A stretch of DNA of 64,000 bases from contig QZJU01000006.1 in NCBI GenBank assembly GCA_003597955.1, forward strand, positions 34,500 through 98,499, given 5' to 3'. The DNA is from Candidatus Parcubacteria bacterium (GTDB lineage Bacteria > Patescibacteriota > Patescibacteriia > PEXW01). Under the pieces are notes generated by a model. That model searched no databases and was not told the origin of the DNA. It saw only the letters and a list, made by a program, of their open reading frames with translations. The translations under genes and the position numbers were made by a program. Within the stretch, counting starts at the first letter, position 1; every line of letters starts with the position of its first letter. This document shows positions 9,734-19,565 of the stretch, piece after piece.

Positions 9734-11551
9734 TTAAATTTTTTGCCTGGCTTGCCGCCGCCGATCAGCGGAATTTAGCAATTTTTTTCTAATGCGAATG
9801 CTTTGAGGCGTCACTTCTACCAATTCGTCGGCGCTTATATACTCCAAAGCGAATTCCAAGGTGATTTCTTTTGGCGGCGCCAGCTGAATGGCCTCATCCG
9901 AACCCGACGCCCGCATATTCGAAAGCCTTTTGGCCTTGCAAACATTCACTTCAATGTCTTCATCTCGGCTGTTTTGGCCTACCACCATGCCTTGGTAGAC
10001 CGGCTCCCCCGGGCCAATAAATAATTCTCCCCGACCTTGGGCGATTTCCAGTCCGTAGGCATTGCTTTTTCCGGTTTCCGTGGCAATCAAGGAGCCGTGG
10101 GGAAAGGGGTTAAGTTCCGGAACCGCCGGTCGGAAATTTTCAAAAACATGGTGCATGATTAAAGTGCCGCGGGTTTTGGTTAAGAGTAAACTTTTCAAAC
10201 CCAGCAAACCTCGGGTTGGCGTTAAGTATTCCAGTCTGACGGTTTTGTCCGCTTCGGTTTGCATATGTTTTAATTCGCCGCGACGTTTGCCGACTTCGGA
10301 GATGACTTCGCCCTGATAAGCCTCAGCCACCCTAATGCTTAGCAGTTCCCAGGGCTCTAGAGTTTTCCCGTCAAGAGTTTTGGTTATGACCTTCGGCTGA
10401 CCGATCTGTAATTCAAAACCCTCGCGCCGCATGGTTTCAATTAAAATGCTCAAATGCAGTTCGCCCCGCCCCGAAACCAAAAATTGATCTGAAGTTAATC
10501 CCGGCGCGACGCGCAAAGCCACATTGGTTTCCAGTTCTTTATATAATCTTTCTTGAATATTGCGCGAGGTCACCAGCTTGCCTTCTTGGCCGACGAATGG
10601 ACTGGTGTTGGCGCCAAAAGTCATTTGCATGGTTGGTTCATCGATAGCTACGGGCGGCAGAGGCTTGGGATTATCAGGGTCAGTAATCGTTTCGCCGATG
10701 TTTATTTTTTCAAAACCCGCCACTGCCACGATTTCACCCACGGCCGCCTGCTCAACGCTTGTTTTTTCTAGACCTTGGTAAACTAAAATTTCAGTCACTC
10801 GGCTTTTGGTCATCGCGCCGTCAGCGCTAATCAAGGCCGCTTCTTGGCCTTTTTTAAGTAGTCCAGCCGTGATTTTGCCAATGCCCATTTTGCCTTTGTA
10901 ATTGTCGTAAGCAATGGCCAAGATCAATATTTGCAGGGTTGCGTTAGGGTCGCCCTGGGGCGCGGGAAAGAATTCCAAAATTTTATCCAGCAGGGGATTA
11001 ATGTTTTTGCCCGGCTCGGCTGCGCTCAAACTCGCCGTGCCGTGCAGGGCCGAAGCATACACGATCGGGAACTCCAATTGTTCGTGATCGGCGCCTAAGT
11101 CCACAAAAAGGTCGAAAGTTCGATTGATAACTTCTTCAATTTGCGCATCACGCCGGTCAATTTTGTTTATTACCACAACGGCCTTTAGACCAAGCTCCAA
11201 AGCTTTTTTTAAAACAAATTTGGTTTGAGGCATTGGCCCCTCCTTGGCGTCCACCAGCAAGATGACCCCATCCACCATGCGCAAAGTCCGCTCCACTTCA
11301 CCGCCAAAATCCGCATGACCCGGCGTGTCCACGATATTTATTTTCACGCCTTGGTAAACTACGCTGGCGTTTTTTGCTCGGATGGTAATGCCGCGCTCGC
11401 GTTCCAAATCCAACGAATCCATAATTAATTTTCCGGCTGTTTCCGAATCGACCGCGTGGGTTTGTTTCAAGATCGCGTCAACCAATGTGGTTTTGCCATG
11501 ATCGACATGCGCAATGATGGCAATGTTTCTAATTTTTTGAAGTTCTGGCAT
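9734..11551 (-). CDS. typA: translational GTPase TypA/BipA
   Basis: MPELQKIRNIAIIAHVDHGKTTLVDAILKQTHAV…; full-length, 605 aa. Confidence 0.95.
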   Translation of the reverse strand: MPELQKIRNIAIIAHVDHGKTTLVDAILKQTHAVDSETAGKLIMDSLDLERERGITIRAKNASVVYQGVKINIVDTPGHADFGGEVERTLRMVDGVILLVDAKEGPMPQTKFVLKKALELGLKAVVVINKIDRRDAQIEEVINRTFDLFVDLGADHEQLEFPIVYASALHGTASLSAAEPGKNINPLLDKILEFFPAPQGDPNATLQILILAIAYDNYKGKMGIGKITAGLLKKGQEAALISADGAMTKSRVTEILVYQGLEKTSVEQAAVGEIVAVAGFEKINIGETITDPDNPKPLPPVAIDEPTMQMTFGANTSPFVGQEGKLVTSRNIQERLYKELETNVALRVAPGLTSDQFLVSGRGELHLSILIETMRREGFELQIGQPKVITKTLDGKTLEPWELLSIRVAEAYQGEVISEVGKRRGELKHMQTEADKTVRLEYLTPTRGLLGLKSLLLTKTRGTLIMHHVFENFRPAVPELNPFPHGSLIATETGKSNAYGLEIAQGRGELFIGPGEPVYQGMVVGQNSRDEDIEVNVCKAKRLSNMRASGSDEAIQLAPPKEITLEFALEYISADELVEVTPQSIRIRKKLLNSADRRRQARQKI

Positions 11552-11624
11552 TTAGAGAGAGTGACTTTCAAAATAAAATTCGCCAACAAGTGGTCAAAAT
11601 GAGAGTATCATACCTTGGATTATC

Positions 11625-11743
11625 GTCAACCCCGCACCACTTTTCAACTAAATTCTTAAAATTTAAGTTTTAAGATATTTGCTCGGTTGAATATCTAATT
11701 AATACTAAAAAGCGTTGGGCTGAAAAGTGGTGCGGGGTCAAAC
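11625..11743. repeat. inverted-repeat element, copy 1: 18-bp perfect arms ACCCCGCACCACTTTTCA (11629-11646) and TGAAAAGTGGTGCGGGGT (11721-11738) around a 74-bp AT-rich core
   Basis: Both arms are visible in the sequence. A second copy lies at 37118-37233. Confidence 0.6.
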
Positions 11744-11789
11744 ACCCAAAGCTTTCCAAAAATCTTGAATTTTGGTGTATAGTAAGGCT

Positions 11790-12140
11790 ATGATTTTGAT
11801 ACGCTGGATCATAAATGCCCTCATGGTCATTCTGGTCACTTATGTTGTGCCAGGCATAAGCGTTACCTCATTTTATACGGCCTTAATTGTGGCTTTAATT
11901 TATGGAATACTAAACGCCATAATCAGGCCGATTTTGGTGATTTTAACCCTGCCTATAAACTTGATTACTTTGGGCCTGTTTACGCTCATTATTAATGCGG
12001 TACTGTTTTGGCTGGTCAGCACCATTGTTAAAGGCTTTGCTGTGGAAGGCTTTTGGTCGGCGTTCTTCGGCGCGCTCGTGCTCTGGGTTTTTAGCTTTTT
12101 AACCAACGGCATTTTAAAGGCGGCAAAACCAAAGATTTGA
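11790..12140 (+). CDS. Phage_holin_4_2 (DUF360/YvlD) family membrane protein
   Basis: MILIRWIINALMVILVTYVVPGI…NAIIRPILVILTLPINLITLGLFTLIINAVLFWLVS…EGFWSAFFGALVL is a near-textbook PF04020 sequence. ATG at 11790; the track start 11772 adds 6 residues. Confidence 0.75.
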   Translation: MILIRWIINALMVILVTYVVPGISVTSFYTALIVALIYGILNAIIRPILVILTLPINLITLGLFTLIINAVLFWLVSTIVKGFAVEGFWSAFFGALVLWVFSFLTNGILKAAKPKI

Positions 12141-12262
12141 ATTTTTGGCTAATTTAAGCCAATAATACCTATAAAACCCAATTAAATGGGCTGGAATTTT
12201 TTAGTTTTCCACAGCTTGTAAACATTTAGGGTTGACAAAAAATCTGTATGTGCTAAGGTCGG

Positions 12263-12853
12263 GTGTTCAAAAATCTTGCACAGATAATGTGGCAAGATTT
12301 TTTGAATTTCAAATTTGCAATTATGAACCTGACCAAGCGACAATCCAAGCGCATTCGCAAGCTAATGCAATTCATGCTGGTGGTATTGATTTGGCAATTT
12401 AGTTTTCCCCAGCATGCTATGGCCCACAATGTCAACACGGAAAGAAAAGAAAATTCCGGCGCGAATTTTATGGTGCCCAAAGACTCAGATCTTTTGCCGG
12501 CCGTGCCACCAGCGGTAAAAATTGAAAAACCCATCGTTGATGAACCCAAACACATAGTCAAGCAGACTTTGACTGTGGTTATGACCGCTTACTCCTCGAC
12601 TCGCGCGCAAACCGACAATGATCCTTTTACTACAGCTTCCGGAGAAAAGGTCCGTGATGGCATTGTGGCCATGAACCAAGTGCCGTTTGGCACAAAAATC
12701 CGGATACCGGATAAATTTGGTGATAAAATTTTTGTCGTCAAAGATCGCATGAGCGCTCGTTATGGTAAGAGCCGCGGAGACATTTGGATGAAGACATATC
12801 AGCAGGCCAAGCAGTGGGGCGTAAAGCGCGTTAAGGTTGAGATATTAAAATAA
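12263..12853 (+). CDS. 3D-domain protein (MltA-like double-psi beta-barrel; putative cell-wall hydrolase/binding protein)
   Basis: C-terminal …VVMTAYSSTRAQTDNDPFTTASGEKVRDGIVAMNQVPFGTKIRIPDKFGDKIFVVKDRMSARYGKSRGDIWM… is the 3D domain. TTGACA-N16-TAAGGT promoter-like sequence at 12232-12259. Confidence 0.7.
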   Translation: MFKNLAQIMWQDFLNFKFAIMNLTKRQSKRIRKLMQFMLVVLIWQFSFPQHAMAHNVNTERKENSGANFMVPKDSDLLPAVPPAVKIEKPIVDEPKHIVKQTLTVVMTAYSSTRAQTDNDPFTTASGEKVRDGIVAMNQVPFGTKIRIPDKFGDKIFVVKDRMSARYGKSRGDIWMKTYQQAKQWGVKRVKVEILK

Positions 12854-13356
12854 TAAAATTATTCAGGTTTTAGTTGAAGACTTGAATAACTTTGTGTTAG
12901 GCTGGTTATGAATTGCCAACGCCGCCGTGGTGGAACTGGTATACACAAGGGACTTAAAATCCCTCGGGGGCAACCCCTTGTCGGTCCGAGTCCGACCGGC
13001 GGCACCAGCTCGTTTCGTGTCTCGAGCTACGTTTTGCCAAAAACGGCAAGAGCCTCACTCACTCGCAATGTCTTGTTTAAAAGCAGTTTTGTAAATCCAC
13101 TTGGTTTACTGGTTAATAAAAAATTCCATTATGACGAACAGACCGTAAAAAAGCATTAAAAGCCTAAACACTCTTGATCGCTAAAGTGATTGATATTCGT
13201 ACCCTTGGCAAAGTCAGCGCTTTTTACCACTCCAATCAGCGAGATTATTGGCGGTGAAAAAAAATAAAAAGCATGGAAATTTTGGCTTTTTCTGTATTCT
13301 TCATGCTAGCATTTTTAAATTCGCCCTAAACCAGCCGACTCTTAGTCTGCGATTCA

Positions 13357-13431
13357 TGGAGCGGGTGATGGGATTCGCACCCACGGCCTCTTCCTTGGCA
13401 AGGAAGCGTTCTACTACTGAACTACACCCGC
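13357..13431 (-). tRNA. tRNA-Gly (GCC)
   Basis: Reverse complement GCGGGTGTAGTTCAGTAGTAGAACGCTTCCTTGCCAAGGAAGAGGCCGTGGGTGCGAATCCCATCACCCGCTCCA folds as a cloverleaf with anticodon loop TTGCCAA. CCA is encoded. Confidence 0.9.
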
Positions 13432-13437
13432 ATTTAT

Positions 13438-13512
13438 TGGAGGCCACGGGCGGGATTGAACCGCCGTATAAGGGTTTTGCAGACCCTCGCCTTACCACTT
13501 GGCTACGTGGCC
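13438..13512 (-). tRNA. tRNA-Cys (GCA)
   Basis: Reverse complement GGCCACGTAGCCAAGTGGTAAGGCGAGGGTCTGCAAAACCCTTATACGGCGGTTCAATCCCGCCCGTGGCCTCCA has anticodon loop CTGCAAA. CCA is encoded. Confidence 0.9.
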
Positions 13513-13740
13513 ATTATGTTTATTTGTTTCAGAAGTCGTCAGTCCTCGCCAAGCTTGCGCTAGACTCGTCTGCTCCGCCCTTGGGCGGCTTGCCTCGCTT
13601 CTGCCCGTTCCGCTTTTCTGCGGAATCCACTTGCCCACCCGACTGAACTAAGTCAGTCGTTCGGGCGGGGCCACGTGGCCCAATTTCCCCTTGGCCTTAG
13701 TATGGCCTAATGTAACAAATATCCAATATTATCGCAACAA

Positions 13741-14774
13741 TTATAAAATTAGCATACCATCACCAAAAGAAAAAAACTTGAATTTCTGGGCGATAGCTCT
13801 TTGGTAAAGTTGGAAAAGCGTTTTTCGGCCGGTAAAAGCTGAAACCAGCATCAAAAGGCTGGATTTTGGGACATGGAAATTCGTGATCAAACCATCAATA
13901 AATTTAAATTTATAACCGGGTTGGATAAAAAGCTGGGTATCACCAGAAAATCTATTCAATTTACTGCTGATGGCGCTTGATTCCAAAGTTCTTGCTACGG
14001 TAGTGCCAACCGCAATGATTGGCTGATGGTTTTGTTTAGCCCGGTTTAACACCTGGGCTGTTTTATGGTCTATTTCAAAATATTCAGAATGTAATTGCTT
14101 GGTTTTTAAATGTTTTTCCGTTAATGGCGCAAAAGTGCCTAAGTTTACGTGAAGGGTGACAAAGGCAATTTTATTTCCCCGCTCCTTTATTTTACTCATC
14201 AAGTTTTTGGTGAAATGTAAAGAAGCGGTTGGCGCGGCAATGGAGCCGGGAACATTGGCAAAAACCGTTTGATACTGGGCTTTTTTTTGGGCTTCGGTCA
14301 AAGGTGATTTTTTTAGGTAAGGCGGCAGCGGCGCGACTCCAAACCTCATTAAAATTGTTTCCAGCTGGCTGATGGGAAAAGTCGATTTAAAAACATAATG
14401 ATTATTTATTTTTTTGACCAGCTGAAATTGAATTCGAGGGGTTAATGTGTATTTTTCGCCGATCACTAATCGATTTTCGCATAACGCCCAAATATATCGC
14501 CGGTTTTTTTTAAGGTACAGAATTTTTATTTTGCCGCCAGTCGGCTTTTGCAAAATCAAACGAGCCGGCAATACCTTGGTCTGATTAAAAACCAAGACCG
14601 AATTTTCGGGTAGATATTCTGGCAAATTATTAAATCTATCAAGTTTTATTTTTTTAGTTTTTCTTTCATAAATTAAAAGCCTGGCCTGGTCACGTGGCTG
14701 CGCAAGTTTTTGAGCGATTAAACTTTTGGGGATTTTGTAATCGTACAGCCTCAAAATCGCTTTTAAATTTTTCA

Positions 14775-14775
<1 letters not shown>
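13741..14775 (-). CDS. queA: S-adenosylmethionine:tRNA ribosyltransferase-isomerase QueA
   Basis: MKNLKAILRLYDYKIPKSLIAQKLAQPRDQARLL…VLVFNQTKVLPARL is the QueA N-terminus. Its start overlaps the tgt stop. Confidence 0.9.
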
Positions 14776-15935
<1,160 letters not shown>

Positions 15936-16008
15936 TTACGAATTACAAATAATATACGAAATACGAATACGATTAGAATTTAACCAGCTTAACATAAAAA
16001 ACCCGGAC

Positions 16009-16701
16009 TTATTTGCTCACAATAAAATATTCCGCGTTTAACAATTCTTTTATGGCAAAAGCGGGAAAGCCGGAATAAGGTCGGCCATTGTCGATTTGGG
16101 AAAGGTGACAGCAAATAATCCGTTTTTTTACGCGGGGGTTTATGGAGATTTTCAAGTTGGGTTTTGGGAATTTCGACTTGTTGGCGTACTTGCCAAATTT
16201 TCTTCGGGCTTTAAAATATATTAAGGCGCGCCGGGAAATCGTCGGCGGCAAGACAAAGGCGTAAAGGGGGAGCTGGAATTTTCGCGCTAGTTTTTTGGCG
16301 ACTTTGCCCATGGCAATGTGGTCCAAATGTCCCGTAATGCCGTCAGATCCGAAACTTAAAATCGCTTTGGGTTTAATTTTTTTTACAATGGGTAAAGATT
16401 TTCGGTAAATCGCATTTGTGAAATTTTTAATTTTTCCGTCGGGAAAATTCAGAAGCCAAATTCTGGAAAGGTGGAAAAGTTTGCCGGCTTTTAGCAGTTC
16501 TTTACGTCGGATTTTTTTGAGCTGGGCATCGGTGACGGGTTTTTTCAAATGGGACCTCCCTCTTTCGCCGCGGCTTGAACAGATTAAAAAGTTCTGGCCG
16601 CCGGATTGGTAATTTTTGAATATCGAACCAGCCGCGGCATAACTTTCGTCGTCCGGGTGGGCGGTTAAGATCAGGATTTTTTTGCCTAGGAATGTTTGCA
16701 T
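16009..16701 (-). CDS. PIG-L/LmbE family N-acetylglucosaminyl deacetylase
   Basis: ILILTAHPDDESYAAAGSIF…SFGSDGITGHLDHIAMG carries the PIG-L motifs (HPDDE, HxDH). Confidence 0.8.
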   Translation of the reverse strand: MQTFLGKKILILTAHPDDESYAAAGSIFKNYQSGGQNFLICSSRGERGRSHLKKPVTDAQLKKIRRKELLKAGKLFHLSRIWLLNFPDGKIKNFTNAIYRKSLPIVKKIKPKAILSFGSDGITGHLDHIAMGKVAKKLARKFQLPLYAFVLPPTISRRALIYFKARRKFGKYANKSKFPKPNLKISINPRVKKRIICCHLSQIDNGRPYSGFPAFAIKELLNAEYFIVSK

Positions 16702-16811
16702 AGGAACAAGCTTAAGTAAGCCGTGTTTAGTATTGTATCAGAAACGCCAAAGCCATCTCGTTAGCCAGCCTTGACTCGAAAGAAAATTCTTATTAAACTA
16801 CCCTAACCAAT

Positions 16812-17165
16812 ATGGAAAGCGTATACAAATCAGCCAAAACCAAAGAACGAACCGACTTGCCGGCTTTACGGCCAGGCATGGTGGTTAAAGTCCATCAAAA
16901 AATTAAGGAAGGCGAAAAAGAGCGAATCCAGATTTTTGAGGGCATGGTTTTGGATGTCAGGCACGGGCAGGGCTTGCACGGCACCTTTACGGTCAGAAAA
17001 ATTTCCGAAGGCGTTGGTGTGGAAAGGATTTTCCCTTTTCATGCGCCTACAATCGCCAAAATCGAACCCGTGAAGCAATTTAAAGTCCGCCAAGCTTCCT
17101 TGGGCTATCTCCGCCAAGGCTACCAAAAGCGTCTGAAGGAAGTGAAGCAGGCCAAGAAGGTTTAA
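16812..17165 (+). CDS. rplS: 50S ribosomal protein bL19
   Basis: [69 protein letters not shown]17-TAAACT promoter-like sequence at 16774-16802. Confidence 0.9.
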   Translation: MESVYKSAKTKERTDLPALRPGMVVKVHQKIKEGEKERIQIFEGMVLDVRHGQGLHGTFTVRKISEGVGVERIFPFHAPTIAKIEPVKQFKVRQASLGYLRQGYQKRLKEVKQAKKV

Positions 17166-17243
17166 TTATCCGCAAGTACTAATAATGCAATGTTTAATAA
17201 ATAATGAAAATTGTATTTATTTATGGTATACGCTATTAGCTTG

Positions 17244-17888
17244 ATGAGTGATAGCACGCCGATCCCTTGGAGTAGTGAACTTGCTTATGCAATCGGCCTC
17301 ATTACTACTGACGGCAATCTTTCAAAAGACGGTCGACACCTTGAATTCACCTCTAAAGATATGGAACAAATACGAAATTTTAAGTATTGTTTAGGATTGA
17401 GAGTCAAAGTGAGTCTTAAATCTTCTGGTTACACAGGCGTCAGAGTTCCTCACATACAATTTGGTAATGTTAAGTTTTACCGATTTTTACTAAGTCTAGG
17501 CTTGCATCCAGCAAAAAGCAAAACTTTAAATGCTGTTAATGTTCCAGATAAATATTTTTTTGACTTCCTGCGTGGGCATTTTGACGGTGACGGACACCTG
17601 TACTCATATTGGGATTCCCGTTGGAAGAATAGTTTTATGTACTATCTTGCATTTAGTTCAGCTAGCCCAAAGCATATCCTTTGGTTACGTACTAAACTAA
17701 AACAATTGCTTGGTGTTCAAGGGCATATTACTAGAGCGAAGGGACAGAGCGTTGAGCAGTTGAAGTATGCAAAAAGAGAAGGTTTGCTCATTTTTAGAAA
17801 AATGTATGCAAGCTCTGATTGTATTACTCTAACTCGAAAACGTAAAAAAATGCTTCAAGCTTTACAGACAGCAAAGTTGATGCTATAA
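17244..17888 (+). CDS. free-standing double-motif LAGLIDADG homing endonuclease
   Basis: Two motifs: LAYAIGLITTDGNL and FLRGHFDGDGHL. AT-rich compared with its neighbours. Not visibly inside an intron or intein; sits between rplS and tRNA-Leu. Confidence 0.7.
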   Translation: MSDSTPIPWSSELAYAIGLITTDGNLSKDGRHLEFTSKDMEQIRNFKYCLGLRVKVSLKSSGYTGVRVPHIQFGNVKFYRFLLSLGLHPAKSKTLNAVNVPDKYFFDFLRGHFDGDGHLYSYWDSRWKNSFMYYLAFSSASPKHILWLRTKLKQLLGVQGHITRAKGQSVEQLKYAKREGLLIFRKMYASSDCITLTRKRKKMLQALQTAKLML

Positions 17889-17900
17889 GCATAACATGTG

Positions 17901-17987
17901 CCGCGGTGCTGTAATTGGTAGCCAGGCTGGCTTGAGGTGCCAGTGCTCGCAAGAGCGTGGAGGTTCGACCCCTCTCCGCGGCACCAA
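17901..17987 (+). tRNA. tRNA-Leu (GAG), class II with long variable arm
   Basis: GCCGCGGTGCTGTAATTGGTAGCCAGGCTGGCTTGAGGTGCCAGTGCTCGCAAGAGCGTGGAGGTTCGACCCCTCTCCGCGGCACCA has anticodon loop TTGAGGT. CCA is encoded. Confidence 0.9.
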
Positions 17988-18095
17988 GCTTTCTCCGCCC
18001 TGCGTGTGCTTAATAAATTAAGCCCACTCAGGTTTCGCAAGCGTGCCGCTTTCCCCAAATTTTTCATTCGAAAAATTTGGAGTCCCCCAGGAAGT
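17988..18095 (+). repeat. conserved tRNA 3'-trailer element, copy A, containing the hairpin CCAAATTTTTC-ATTC-GAAAAATTTGG (18055-18080)
   Basis: About 75% identical over roughly 110 nt to the sequence after the tRNA-Val-like gene (49288-49400). A shared block (a)agcccactc…gccgct(t)tccccaaattt… is visible in both. Confidence 0.5.
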
Positions 18096-18273
18096 CTGTT
18101 CACTACAGGTTTCAGACGCAGCCTCGGTAGACCCCAGAAATTCGCGCTCCCCTTGGGCAAGCTCAGAGTTCGCGCCAAATTCCTGGTGATTAAAATTTGA
18201 CTAATAAAAATTTTTTTCTTAAGCTTTTAACAAACAAATTTTGAACCTTTAAAAAGGATGAAAAGGAGTTGGA

Positions 18274-18666
18274 ATGCTGAAAGCGAAAATTGTAGCGACT
18301 GTTAGTCTTTTGATGGTGATGTTGCAGGCCCTGATGTATTTTTTTGTTCCCAGGCAAGCCTGGTATAGTTTTCCTCAACCTTTCGCCCTCATCAGAGATA
18401 TTGCTGTAATAATTTTTATTTTTACGATTTTTTGGTGGCAAATAATTGCTTCCGAATTGCCACCGTGGGTGCGAGCTGTTTTTAAGACTTATTTAAAAAC
18501 AACCTTGGTTTTATTTTTTATCTCCGTGGGGTGTATGGCGATCGAGTACATTTTGGGTCTGAATTATGGCGCTAAATTGTTTAATGTAAAGGGTTTGGGG
18601 GGTCTGTTCTTGATTGCAGTATGGTTTTTTAGCACTTGGCGAGCCTGGACAAGCGCTTATTGGTGA
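18274..18666 (+). CDS. hypothetical membrane protein (4 TM)
   Basis: 130-aa hydrophobic ORF followed by an intrinsic terminator at 18683-18712 (CCGTC…GACGG then T7). Confidence 0.5.
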   Translation: MLKAKIVATVSLLMVMLQALMYFFVPRQAWYSFPQPFALIRDIAVIIFIFTIFWWQIIASELPPWVRAVFKTYLKTTLVLFFISVGCMAIEYILGLNYGAKLFNVKGLGGLFLIAVWFFSTWRAWTSAYW

Positions 18667-18682
18667 TAAGCCATATTTAAAA

Positions 18683-18712
18683 CCGTCAGCCAAAGTAGAG
18701 CGGACGGTTTTT
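18683..18712 (+). terminator. rho-independent terminator
   Basis: AACCGTCAGCCAAAGTAGAGCGGACGGTTTTTTTAA. Confidence 0.5.
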
Positions 18713-18809
18713 TTAATTTCCCCCCTGATCCAATGCCCTTGACAAAGAGCTGAGTTTTAACCTAAGCTGATAAGCTTTAATAAACCAATTTAAGAAGGAT
18801 CTTTAAAAA

Positions 18810-19439
18810 ATGAAGAATGCTGCATGTTGTAGGATGCAATGCGAAGCAGTTGCCGAGCAGTTGCTAAATTCTCTGCAAAATAAACATTCCTATTCTTATC
18901 AGCATTGCCTGGCGGTGGAGCGATACGCCTGGATTCTGGCTTTGCAAATTTCTCCGGCCTGGACCTGGGAAAATGGCGCTGCTTTGAAATTAGGCGCCCG
19001 GCTTCATGATATTGGCAAACTAAGGATTGATAACGCCATTCTAGACGGGACGGGCAAGCTCACGGATGAAGAATTCGCCCAAATTAAAACCCATCCCCGT
19101 TCTGGTGTGGAAATTTTAATGGAAACAGGCGTTGATTTTCCGGAAGTGGTTTACGAGCCGATTCTATGCCACCATATGGCTTTTGATCGAAAGGCTGTGG
19201 GCTATCCAATTGATTTTTGGGGCGAAGACATTCCTCTCGCCGCCCGGATTGTGGCCGTTGCTGATATCTTTGACGCATTGACCACAAAACGCAGCTATAA
19301 ACCCGCTTTGAGTTTTGGTGAGTCAGCCGGAATTTTATTGGCCGAGGCCGGCAAAAAACTTGATCCGTTCTTGGTGCAAGTTTTCGTGCACGAGACCATC
19401 CCCTATATGCTTTGGAACCAAGAAAGCGCAGACTCCTAA
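18810..19439 (+). CDS. HD-GYP domain protein (putative c-di-GMP phosphodiesterase / HD hydrolase)
   Basis: …RLHDIGKL…ILCHHMAFDRKAVGYPIDFWGEDIPLAARIVAVADIFDALTTKRSYK… has the HD and GYP motifs. A terminator (AAGCGCAG…CTGCGCTT then T-run) at 19414-19458 overlaps the stop. Confidence 0.75.
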   Translation: MKNAACCRMQCEAVAEQLLNSLQNKHSYSYQHCLAVERYAWILALQISPAWTWENGAALKLGARLHDIGKLRIDNAILDGTGKLTDEEFAQIKTHPRSGVEILMETGVDFPEVVYEPILCHHMAFDRKAVGYPIDFWGEDIPLAARIVAVADIFDALTTKRSYKPALSFGESAGILLAEAGKKLDPFLVQVFVHETIPYMLWNQESADS

Positions 19440-19565
19440 AAACTGCGCTTTTGTTTTTGGGTGACAATCAGGAGATATAAAACCTTGACAGTTTTTTCCG
19501 TTTTTAGCTAAGTTTATCGATTCCAAAAATCGTTCTTTTAACCATTTAAATCAAAGGAGGAAAAA

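Noticed and set aside
12908-13159. 83-aa plus-strand ORF downstream of the 3D-domain gene
   Set aside because: No RBS, and the amino-acid composition reads as a translated GC-rich structured element (RGGTG…PTGGTSS…). Treated as a candidate ncRNA region instead.
13248-13646. 132-aa plus-strand ORF, with antisense 65-aa ORF 13301..13498
   Set aside because: Both run straight through tRNA-Gly(GCC) and tRNA-Cys(GCA) on the minus strand. Their 'codons' are the tRNA sequences.
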